A stretch of DNA of 64,000 nt. Source: a virus. The stretch lies in IMG/VR virus record IMGVR_UViG_3300045988_119411. The stretch is one strand, 5' to 3'. The notes beneath the pieces were generated by a model. The model was given only the letters and a program-made list of their open reading frames with translations. It was not told the origin of the DNA and ran no database searches. Of this stretch, positions 52,074-60,639 are shown piece by piece (position 1 is the first letter of the stretch; every line of letters starts with the position of its first letter). Position numbers and translations under genes: made by a program.

Positions 52074-52775
52074 ATGGGCATTCCATTCAGTTCTGACAGC
52101 TATCCATACGAGAGAATTCAGTCAGGATTTAACCGGCTGCGCGGTTCTGAGAAGATCCCCGAGAAGGTTTTGCTCTATTTGCTCGATCTGCCGGATGCCA
52201 ATGGATATTTTCCACAGGATGACAACCGACGGCCAAGAGTTCGGCTGATAAAATACCTCTGGTATGATGGCGCACGTCCGCTTGGCAATCCGCTTCCGAC
52301 GCCGGTAGAAAAGCTTTCGATGGTATTTGACGGGGAAGAGCCAGTTTTGAATACGCAGGAGCTTCGGGAAAAGCATCCGAAGGGATACCGCATCTATCCG
52401 CAGCGCGTTTGGGGCCAGAGCGATACAGAGGCTGGGGTGACGCTCAAATGCTATTTGGGCAGAACCGTGGCAAAGGACAATTTTCACACGGTCTTCGGGC
52501 TTACGTTCGAGATCCTTGTGAATGTCAATTTGGAGAACACGACGAGAACAGACGCTTATTCCCGTGCTTACGACATTGAACAGTGCATCATCGAGGCACT
52601 GCACGGAGTCAACATGACGGGAATCGGCGTGGTGGATTTCAGCCGGTACGCGCATCCGGACAACGGGAGCGACAGTATATTCGATTACGGCACCCATGTT
52701 GGGCGTAGGCTCAAAATGAGCATCGAATGGTGCGACAGCGAAATGGACGTGCCGGCGGAGGAAGACACAATTTGA
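52074..52775 (+). CDS. hypothetical virion-module protein (233 aa)
   Basis: ORF 52056..52775 trimmed to MGIPFSSDSYPY. Confidence 0.5.
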   Translation: MGIPFSSDSYPYERIQSGFNRLRGSEKIPEKVLLYLLDLPDANGYFPQDDNRRPRVRLIKYLWYDGARPLGNPLPTPVEKLSMVFDGEEPVLNTQELREKHPKGYRIYPQRVWGQSDTEAGVTLKCYLGRTVAKDNFHTVFGLTFEILVNVNLENTTRTDAYSRAYDIEQCIIEALHGVNMTGIGVVDFSRYAHPDNGSDSIFDYGTHVGRRLKMSIEWCDSEMDVPAEEDTI

Positions 52776-52818
52776 TATAGAAGCCCCGCGGCGGAAGAGC
52801 GCGGCGGGAAGGCTGAGA

Positions 52819-52866
52819 GGAGCATGACGGCGATGTGCCGTGATGCTCCGTTTTTTATTTTTTCAA
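52819..52866 (+). terminator. intrinsic terminator, homologous to 48640..48680
   Basis: GGAGCATGACGGC-gatgt-GCCGTGATGCTCC followed by GTTTTTTATTTTTT. Confidence 0.8.
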
Positions 52867-52886
52867 ACCGGGAGGAGAAAGAACAC

Positions 52887-53720
52887 ATGAATGGACTCCC
52901 TTTGAGCATGGTTCAGGCCGTTTCGCAGTACGAACCCATCTGGGCGGAGGGCCTGCGCCTATTTCCAATCCGCGTGCGAGAATTTGAGACGTTTTCCATG
53001 GCACGGGCAGCAATCGAGTTTATGCAGCAGAGCCTCCCTGTGGCTTTGATGTCGAAACCACTGCTGCAAGCGTTTTACACGCTCGAATTTGAGGCTGCGG
53101 CGCAAGGAAAGCCGAGCGTCGGTCTGCTATACCAGAGCATTTTATTCCTGATTCTTGCCATGCGAGTGGGAGAAGACAAAGAAACCGGCGAACGGATGAA
53201 ATACGCGAGAATCTGCCCCAAAGAAAGTGACCCTCGGGTGCTCGATGCAATCATCATTGGGAATGAGCGGCGGACACTGCGGGTGACACCGGTGCAGTTT
53301 CAGCGGATTCGCCCGATTCTGGCTGCCCAGAACGGCATTGAACTGGTTTCAGAAAATGCCAACCCTGAACTGGTGCAGGCGGAGAGGGACCTTGCAGAAA
53401 TGAACGCCCCGAAACTGGACTACCGGCTGGAGAGCATGATGGCGTCGATCGCGCTGGTGAGCGGTGCGGACGAGGCGGAAATGTACGACTGGCCGATTTT
53501 GAAGCTGATGCGGCGTAAGGAAGCATTGCAGAGGATGATGGGCTATCTGGTATGCGGCGTGGCAGAGGCGCAGGGGGCAAAGTGGAAGGGCGGAAATCCG
53601 TTCCCAAGCCCGCTTTTCTCCAAAGAGGATAACGGCTCCGGCGGCGTGATCGCAATGGAGAATTTCGCCGGAGGGGCTGGAATGCGGGCCGTTCAAAATG
53701 CGGGAAACCGCACGACGTAA
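52887..53720 (+). CDS. hypothetical virion-module protein (277 aa)
   Basis: ORF 52824..53720 trimmed to MNGLPLSMVQ with a GGGAGGAGAAAG RBS. The longer start lies inside the terminator. Confidence 0.55.
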   Translation: MNGLPLSMVQAVSQYEPIWAEGLRLFPIRVREFETFSMARAAIEFMQQSLPVALMSKPLLQAFYTLEFEAAAQGKPSVGLLYQSILFLILAMRVGEDKETGERMKYARICPKESDPRVLDAIIIGNERRTLRVTPVQFQRIRPILAAQNGIELVSENANPELVQAERDLAEMNAPKLDYRLESMMASIALVSGADEAEMYDWPILKLMRRKEALQRMMGYLVCGVAEAQGAKWKGGNPFPSPLFSKEDNGSGGVIAMENFAGGAGMRAVQNAGNRTT

Positions 53721-53756
53721 GAAAACTGAATTTTTCGACAAAAGGAGTGGAATTCA

Positions 53757-54881
53757 ATGATTCGTTTCACTGACAAAAGACTGTATCTGAAGGGCACGTC
53801 TGAAGCCATCTGTATGGACAAGGCGACGGGCGACATCCTGTATTACTCCAACAAGTTCCAGACCGGCAACGTGACCACGGGCGTCACGATGGGCGAGATC
53901 CGTGCGGGCCTCGGCAACGCGGTCGCGGCGATCATTCCGTCTGACGCGGCGGTCAATGTCGAGTTCACGGCGGCGGACTTCTCCCTGTGGGGCAAGGCGG
54001 CGCAGGTCGGCGCAGCGCTGAAGTATTCGGCGCCTGTGATGACCTGCCAGAACGTGACGGCGGAAGGTACGGCCCTGACCGTTGACGTGAAGGGCGGCGC
54101 GCCCGTTGCGCAGCAGGGCTTGAGCCGGATCTGCTGCTATGTGCAGGAAGTCGGCGCGGGTTCGCTGATCTCCGTGGGCGGCAAGGCATACGACATCAGC
54201 CCGACGACCGGTGCGGTCTCCGGCTTTACGGCTGAGAGCGGCAAGACCTACAAGGTCTGGTACTTCGTGAACCGGGCGGATGCGCAGATCGCCACGATCA
54301 CGTCCATGCTCGACCCAAAGGTCGTTCATTTCACCGCAGCGATGGCCGTTTATGCCAATGAATCCGGCTCTGCGCAGAACGAGGGCACGCGCGTCGGCAC
54401 GCTGTACGTGATCATCCCGTCGCTGAAGTTCGGCGCCAACGGCGGCGTGGTCGGCGACCAGACCAACAACGACACCACGTCGATGTCTGGTCAGGCAATC
54501 ATCTATGACTCTGACGTGATCTCTGAGAGCTGCGAGGACTGCAACGGTGGCGGCTCCGATCTCGCTTACTACATCTACGTTCCTTGCGAAGGAAGCGCGG
54601 ATAGCTATCAGGGCATCATCGCCAAGATCGGCGGCGTCATCACCATGGCACAGAGCGCGACCGCACAGGTCCAGCCGAAGGCCATCATGGACAACGGCCA
54701 GCTGGTCGACCTGACTCCGAGCCTCTGCACCTACGAAGTGACTGGCGTGGCGGGGCTTACCGTTTCGGACACCGGTCTTCTGACTGCCGGGACCACGGCG
54801 GGCGACGCGACGCTGACTGTGAAGTATACGGTTGGGGAGACCGAGTTCACCGACAGCTGCACCGTGACCGTGCAGGCGTAA
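53757..54881 (+). CDS. major tail protein with C-terminal Ig-like domain
   Basis: AAAGGAGTGGAA RBS. Position two genes upstream of the tape measure. C-terminal TYEVTGVAGLTVSDTGLLTAGTTAGDATLTVKYTV is Big_2-like. Confidence 0.55.
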   Translation: MIRFTDKRLYLKGTSEAICMDKATGDILYYSNKFQTGNVTTGVTMGEIRAGLGNAVAAIIPSDAAVNVEFTAADFSLWGKAAQVGAALKYSAPVMTCQNVTAEGTALTVDVKGGAPVAQQGLSRICCYVQEVGAGSLISVGGKAYDISPTTGAVSGFTAESGKTYKVWYFVNRADAQIATITSMLDPKVVHFTAAMAVYANESGSAQNEGTRVGTLYVIIPSLKFGANGGVVGDQTNNDTTSMSGQAIIYDSDVISESCEDCNGGGSDLAYYIYVPCEGSADSYQGIIAKIGGVITMAQSATAQVQPKAIMDNGQLVDLTPSLCTYEVTGVAGLTVSDTGLLTAGTTAGDATLTVKYTVGETEFTDSCTVTVQA

Positions 54882-54979
54882 ACAAAAGCGGCCCGGAGGG
54901 GCGAAAGCCTCTCCGGGAAATGCGCGAATCCATCAAGGAATTGGCGGGTTGGCGCATTTTTTGCAGAGGGGGGCGTCGT

Positions 54980-55426
54980 GTGGCAATCGAAGATATTGTG
55001 GCCCGGTTCAACGCGAAACTCGATGCGGCCATCGGACAGGCGATGGAAAACGACGTGGCGACGATGGTGAGAGTTGCGCTGGCGACGGCCGTGCAGACCG
55101 AAGTCTATGATGCTTATCAGCCGCACATGTATGAGCGCCGGGGCCCGGAGGACGGCGGCTTACATTCGCAGAGCAAGGACGTGATGGTTGCGACCTATGA
55201 CCCGGCGACGATGACGCTGGAAGTGCAGGACATGAGCCGGGATGACGACACAGGGCGGCTGATCGCGCCGGTTGTGGAAAGCGGCGAAGGTTACCAATAC
55301 CCATGGAAGGGGCAGAAGGCCAGACCGTTCCACGAAAGAGCGCAGGAAGACGTGGTTGAGAGCGGCTGGTTTGAGGGTGCGCTGGTCTCTGCGCTGCGCG
55401 GAGCAGGATTTACGGTAAAAGACTGA
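54980..55426 (+). CDS. hypothetical tail-module protein (chaperone position)
   Basis: ORF 54920..55426 trimmed to the GTG after AGAGGGGGG. It is the only ORF between the major tail and tape measure genes. Confidence 0.4.
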   Translation: MAIEDIVARFNAKLDAAIGQAMENDVATMVRVALATAVQTEVYDAYQPHMYERRGPEDGGLHSQSKDVMVATYDPATMTLEVQDMSRDDDTGRLIAPVVESGEGYQYPWKGQKARPFHERAQEDVVESGWFEGALVSALRGAGFTVKD

Positions 55427-55440
55427 TTGGAGGGTATACG

Positions 55441-58400
55441 ATGGCGGGAAACGTCGATAGAGTTCAGTTGCAGGTTGAGGTCGTTCGCAATCAGCTCGAT
55501 ACGCTGATCAAGGATGTCAACTCGCTCAAAGGGCAGAAACTCTCCATCAGCGTAGAGTCCTCCGGTATGGAGGCCATCAATAAATTTAATGCGTCGATCA
55601 AGACGCTGGAACAGAATGTCAGTAACCTTGGAGGAAAGTTTACCCAAATTTGGGCTGGCGCTGCAGATGGTTCGCCGACAAGGACTATTGAGACCGTGAA
55701 CAATGGCCTCGGCCGCACGACGGAGATCATACGGACGCTGGATGAGGAAACACAGTCCTATACGACCGTGCAGACCAAGACCACGGCCAACTATGACCAG
55801 ATGGCAAAGGCGGCACAAAAAGCTGCCGAGCAGGCAGAAAAACTACGCCAGCGCCAAGAAGGCGATATGTGGCGTTCTTACAATGCAGAGCTTGAGGATC
55901 AGCAGAGAATCCTTTCAGAGACAAATCAGGCTTGGGCGGAATATGCCCAGCAGCAGGAGAAGACCGAGCGGCAGATCGCAGACAGCACGAAAAAGGAGAT
56001 CGCATGGTACGACAGCTGGCTTGACGGGCAGGAGAAGGTTTTTGAATCGGCACAGCAGAATATGCCGACGCTGCAAAAGCAGTATGCGGATCTGGCGCGG
56101 TCGATTGAAAGTGCAGCAGACAAATATCCCAAAGGGACATTTGATGAAATTGCTGATGGAGTCTCCTCGGCTCGGGAAAGCCTCCGTGCGCTGGACGCGG
56201 GGTTGGCGGATGGGACCGTCAGTTACGAAGATTATGTAAATGGAGTCGATAAGGCGAAGGCTGGCTTAAAGGGCTTGCAGTCTGAATTCGCTCAGACGAA
56301 GGCAGATACGGAAGAGCTGAAGAACTCAACCAATATTCTCGGGGACAGCCTTACTAACATTGTAAAGAAGATTGTTGCATGGCAGGTCATCAATGCTTCC
56401 GTCGCAAAGGTGATCGGGATGTTCCGCGAGGCGGTCTCCACGCTGAAAGAGGTCGATACAGAGCTGACCGCCATCCAGAAGGTGACAAACAATACCGATG
56501 CTGAGATGGCAAAACTCAGCGAGCATGCATACGAAGTGGCTTCTCAGTATGGCGTGGCCGTGACGGATTATCTGGAATCGACGGGCACGTTCGCCAAGGC
56601 TGGCTACAAAGAGCTTTCAGAGGACATGGCGGAGCTGGCGACGAAGACGCAGCTCGTCGGTGATGTGAACGCAGAGACAGCGAACCAGTTCCTGATTTCG
56701 GCGGATGCGGCCTACAAGATGGAGGGCAACGTCACCAGACTTTCGACCGTGCTGGACAAGGCCAACGTCATTGAGAACAACTATGCGACCTCGATTGAAA
56801 AAATAGCTGAAGGTTTCCCGATTGTTGCCAATGTAGCCTCTATGGCAAATATGAGCATTGAAGAACTGATCGCAATGCTCGGAACAATTACTGCGGTGAC
56901 ACAGGAAAGCGGGACAAAAGCAGCTACAGCGGCTCGCGCCCTCATCTTGAATATCATGGGCGACACAGAGACTGAACTCGCTGATGGCGTTACATGGACA
57001 AAAGATGAGATTGAGAATTTGACTCAGGTGCTTTGGACTTATTCCAAGGAAGCTATGGAAGCGGCTCAGGCATCTGGAAAGATCGTAGATCCGATGAAGG
57101 CTATTGCCGGCCTTGCACAAGCCGCTAAGGAAGGCGTTCTGACGGAGGCAGAGCTTGCGCAGATCGAATCGGACCTCGGCGGCAAGCTCCGCACGAACCA
57201 GCTCGACGCACTTATCAAAAACTACGATATGTACGCCGAGATGCTGGATAAGGTGGCAGATTCGGCGGGGAGCGCAGATCAGGAAGTTGAGATCATGCTG
57301 TCCTCTTGGGAGAGCAAAGCCAACATCCTGCAAAACACCTGGACACAGTTTATTGCGAAGACCGTCGATACGGATTGGATCAAGGGCCTTCTGGATGGAA
57401 TCACGTGGCTGATCGACGGATTTGACAACCTTGGGAACGTCATCTTAGTTTTTGGCGGAACGCTTCTGACGCTGAAATGGAACAGCGTGGTTTCGGCACT
57501 TGGAACGCTGAAATCCGTGCTTGGAGCGCTGCCGATGCTATTTAGTGCGGCAAAAGGCGGCGCTGCTGGTTTTGACGCTGGGATGAAGGCCCTCAATCTT
57601 TCTCTGACCAGTACGCAGCTTCTTGTGGGCGGAGTCGTGGCGGCAATCTCCATCGCCGTGATCGCATTCAACAAGATCAAAAAGGCAGAGGAAGAAGCAA
57701 GGCAGGCGGCGATAGAGACAGGAGAGGCTTCCACAGAAGAAGCGAAGGAGGTCGTTTCCCTTTATCAGAATTATAATGACCTAAAAAAAGCGGTTGATGA
57801 CGGTTCTGGATCAAAAGACGAATTTTTGAACATTTCGGAAACGCTGACGAAAAAGCTCGGGATTGAGAAGGCGGGCGTGGATGCGCTTTCAGATTCTTAT
57901 GATGAGCTTGACCAGTCGATTCGGAATGCAACTGCGGCGCAGATCGAAAGTGCTCTTTATGATGCGAAAGCTGCGGTGGCCGCGGCAGAAAGTGACCTGA
58001 AGGGCGCAAGCGATTTCCAGTTCTTCGGTATTGGACAGAATGACGTCAGCGAGATCACAGCTTATTATGATGCGCTGATGAAGGAGCGGAACGAGCTGAT
58101 CGATTCTGGCGATACCAGCAGCGTAAAATACAACAACATTGTAAAAGAACTGACTGAGCTTCAGCCGTTGATCGAGGCGTATAACAGTGCCATTGAGAAT
58201 CAGAGCTATTTGGAAGGCGCTCTGGCGGCGGCACAGAATGGGACGCTTGAAAGCTACTTGAAGGCTGAAGATGCAGCACATGAGGCAGCTGGTGCGGCCG
58301 GAGAATATGCAGATGCGACGGGGGAGGCGGCGGAAAACCAGAAAACGCTGGCCGAGCGGCTTCAGGATGCTTCGAAATCTCTGACTTCGCAGAAAAATGA

Positions 58401-60624
58401 CCTGAAGACAGCAAACGCGGCGCTCAGTGAGTATCAGCAGACCGGGAAAATTACGACGTCGACGCTGCAATCGCTGCTTGGAATGAGCGAGAATCACGTC
58501 GATGTACTCATTGACGAAAACGGAAAGCTGAAGGTGACGGAAGAATCTCTGCGAGAGCTGATTTCTGCCATCTATGAGGACATCGAGGCAACCAACAAAC
58601 AGATCGGCGTGACAGATGATGCGAACGTTTCAGCAGAAGCGTTTGTTTCCACGTTGATGGACGAGGCCAAGCAGAGCGGCAAAACAGGGCAGGCGATTCG
58701 GGAGCTGGTTTTGGAGGAAATCAAGCTCAACAGCACCAATCTGAATCTGGAGCAGCAGATTGCAGCGGTGATGGCGCTTGGAAACGCCGCCGGCGCGACA
58801 GCAACGTCGATTGCAATGCTGTATTCGTATGGCGGAACGTCGGCGAGCAACGCGGAACGGACGATTTCCGGATACCTTCAGACTGGACAGGCGAAGACGC
58901 GGGCAGAGGCCGAGGCCAAGTACCTGCAGAACCTCTACAATCAGTTCGATTTTTCCAAGGCGGATTCTGATACGTCTACGTCCGGCGGCGGGGGCAGCAG
59001 CTCGGACGCAAGGCTGGAGGCGCTGAAGGATCGGGTTTCTCTGCTGAAATCGGAACTGACCTTGATGGAAAAGCAAGGTAAGAGCGCCGACGAGCAGAAG
59101 GCCAAGATGAAGGAGATCCAGCAGGCACTCCATGCGCAGGCCCAGTATCTCCGCAGCATCGGCGGCAATGAGGCAGACATCAATGATCTTTCTGCAGAAT
59201 GGTGGGACTGGCAGAAGAAGATCAACGGGGAGCTCGAAGATTCGGCCGACCTTCTTGATGAGCTGAAAAATGCGCTTCAGGAGGCAATGAATCGGCAACA
59301 GGACGCACGAGATGCCGAGCTGAAAGCCATCGACGACCAAATAGATGCGCTGAAAAAGCAGAAGGACGAGAAGGACAAGCAGGTTGAGCTCGAAGAAAAG
59401 CTGCTTGCCATTCAGCAGGCGGAGGCGGATCTGGCTGCTGCGCAGGCAGAACGGACGGTCCGGCAGTACAACGCTTCTTCTGGCCAGTGGGAATGGATCG
59501 CAAATCAGAAGGACATTGATGAGGCCCAAGATGCACTGGACAAGGCAAAGAAAGATCTTGAAGATTTTCAGGATCAGGCAGAATATGACGCGCGGCTGGC
59601 GGAGCTGGAAGCGCAGAAGGATGCCATCAACGCCAAATATGATGCGCTGGAGGCGCAGTATGACCGGTTCCTCGACTCCTTGAAAGAGAAGACGCGCGGC
59701 ATTGGCGAAATTTTGCAAGATATTCTCAAAAATGCGACGCCGGAGCTGCGGCAGATCATTTTGGAAAATGCCGAGCTTTTCAAAGCATTTGGCATTGATG
59801 TTTCTGAACTGCTTAATTCGTTCACGGAGACGGTGAAGAAGATCGTCCGCGTCCTTCCAGGCGGCAAGGCCCCGGCCGGGCTCAATGTCGGCGATCAGGT
59901 CGTCACGGGCGGCGGCACATTTGAGATCACTGGCGTCAACCCGGACGGAAGCTACGAATCGAAGAAGGTAGACCCGAACCAGACCATCTACAACTATGAT
60001 GGCCCTTATGATGATGTGCCGGGCGGCTATACGGGTTCTGACACCTATCCATCCGGCAACGGAGGATCTGGGTCACGCGGCGGAAGGACCGTTCGCGTGG
60101 AAAGCGGGACCGGGAAGGCACCGAAGGGCCTTTCCGTTGGAGATAAGGTCGTGACGGCGGTTGGCACGTACATCATTGTGGCGGTGAATCCGGATGGAAC
60201 TTATCAGTCGCAGATGTATGACAAAAACCAGACGATCTACAACTTCCGTGGGACTTACGATGCCTATGATGAAGGCGGAATTCTGCGCGGGATGGGCGCG
60301 ATCAAGGCGACGGAACGCGACGAATTTGTGGCAGACCCCGATACAACGGAGCTTTTGAAGCGGCGGTTTGGAAGCTGGAACGCATTGGCTCCGGCACGGG
60401 ACGCACAGAGCGACAGCATCATGCGCGGAATCAGGATGACGCTGGGAAATCGGGATGGTGGAACGACTGCAAACTCTTATAGCTCCAACAGCATCGGCAC
60501 ACAGCACAATGGACCGCTCTATCAGATCGACGGCGTGACGATCACGGAGCAGGAGGCGCAGACGATGACCGTAAAGCAGCTGGCTGACGCGGCGCGGACG
60601 CTGGCGATCAAAAAGCAGGCGTAA
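55441..60624 (+). CDS. tail tape measure protein (1727 aa)
   Basis: Very long coiled coil. Core IEKIAEGFPIVANVASMANMSIEELIAMLGTITAVTQESGTKAATAARALILNIMG. Central TM-like segments. Confidence 0.9.
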   Translation: MAGNVDRVQLQVEVVRNQLDTLIKDVNSLKGQKLSISVESSGMEAINKFNASIKTLEQNVSNLGGKFTQIWAGAADGSPTRTIETVNNGLGRTTEIIRTLDEETQSYTTVQTKTTANYDQMAKAAQKAAEQAEKLRQRQEGDMWRSYNAELEDQQRILSETNQAWAEYAQQQEKTERQIADSTKKEIAWYDSWLDGQEKVFESAQQNMPTLQKQYADLARSIESAADKYPKGTFDEIADGVSSARESLRALDAGLADGTVSYEDYVNGVDKAKAGLKGLQSEFAQTKADTEELKNSTNILGDSLTNIVKKIVAWQVINASVAKVIGMFREAVSTLKEVDTELTAIQKVTNNTDAEMAKLSEHAYEVASQYGVAVTDYLESTGTFAKAGYKELSEDMAELATKTQLVGDVNAETANQFLISADAAYKMEGNVTRLSTVLDKANVIENNYATSIEKIAEGFPIVANVASMANMSIEELIAMLGTITAVTQESGTKAATAARALILNIMGDTETELADGVTWTKDEIENLTQVLWTYSKEAMEAAQASGKIVDPMKAIAGLAQAAKEGVLTEAELAQIESDLGGKLRTNQLDALIKNYDMYAEMLDKVADSAGSADQEVEIMLSSWESKANILQNTWTQFIAKTVDTDWIKGLLDGITWLIDGFDNLGNVILVFGGTLLTLKWNSVVSALGTLKSVLGALPMLFSAAKGGAAGFDAGMKALNLSLTSTQLLVGGVVAAISIAVIAFNKIKKAEEEARQAAIETGEASTEEAKEVVSLYQNYNDLKKAVDDGSGSKDEFLNISETLTKKLGIEKAGVDALSDSYDELDQSIRNATAAQIESALYDAKAAVAAAESDLKGASDFQFFGIGQNDVSEITAYYDALMKERNELIDSGDTSSVKYNNIVKELTELQPLIEAYNSAIENQSYLEGALAAAQNGTLESYLKAEDAAHEAAGAAGEYADATGEAAENQKTLAERLQDASKSLTSQKNDLKTANAALSEYQQTGKITTSTLQSLLGMSENHVDVLIDENGKLKVTEESLRELISAIYEDIEATNKQIGVTDDANVSAEAFVSTLMDEAKQSGKTGQAIRELVLEEIKLNSTNLNLEQQIAAVMALGNAAGATATSIAMLYSYGGTSASNAERTISGYLQTGQAKTRAEAEAKYLQNLYNQFDFSKADSDTSTSGGGGSSSDARLEALKDRVSLLKSELTLMEKQGKSADEQKAKMKEIQQALHAQAQYLRSIGGNEADINDLSAEWWDWQKKINGELEDSADLLDELKNALQEAMNRQQDARDAELKAIDDQIDALKKQKDEKDKQVELEEKLLAIQQAEADLAAAQAERTVRQYNASSGQWEWIANQKDIDEAQDALDKAKKDLEDFQDQAEYDARLAELEAQKDAINAKYDALEAQYDRFLDSLKEKTRGIGEILQDILKNATPELRQIILENAELFKAFGIDVSELLNSFTETVKKIVRVLPGGKAPAGLNVGDQVVTGGGTFEITGVNPDGSYESKKVDPNQTIYNYDGPYDDVPGGYTGSDTYPSGNGGSGSRGGRTVRVESGTGKAPKGLSVGDKVVTAVGTYIIVAVNPDGTYQSQMYDKNQTIYNFRGTYDAYDEGGILRGMGAIKATERDEFVADPDTTELLKRRFGSWNALAPARDAQSDSIMRGIRMTLGNRDGGTTANSYSSNSIGTQHNGPLYQIDGVTITEQEAQTMTVKQLADAARTLAIKKQA

Positions 60625-60639
60625 GAGGGGAGATACAGT

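Noticed and set aside
52824-52886. Upstream in-frame start (MTAMCRDAPFF...) for gene 52887..53720
   Set aside because: That ATG sits 1-2 nt after its pseudo-RBS and lies inside the terminator stem. The ATG at 52887 has a well-spaced GGGAGGAG RBS.
54881-55441. Programmed -1 frameshift pair of tail assembly chaperones
   Set aside because: Only one ORF lies between the major tail and tape measure genes, with no overlapping second frame. I could not identify a slippery heptamer with confidence.
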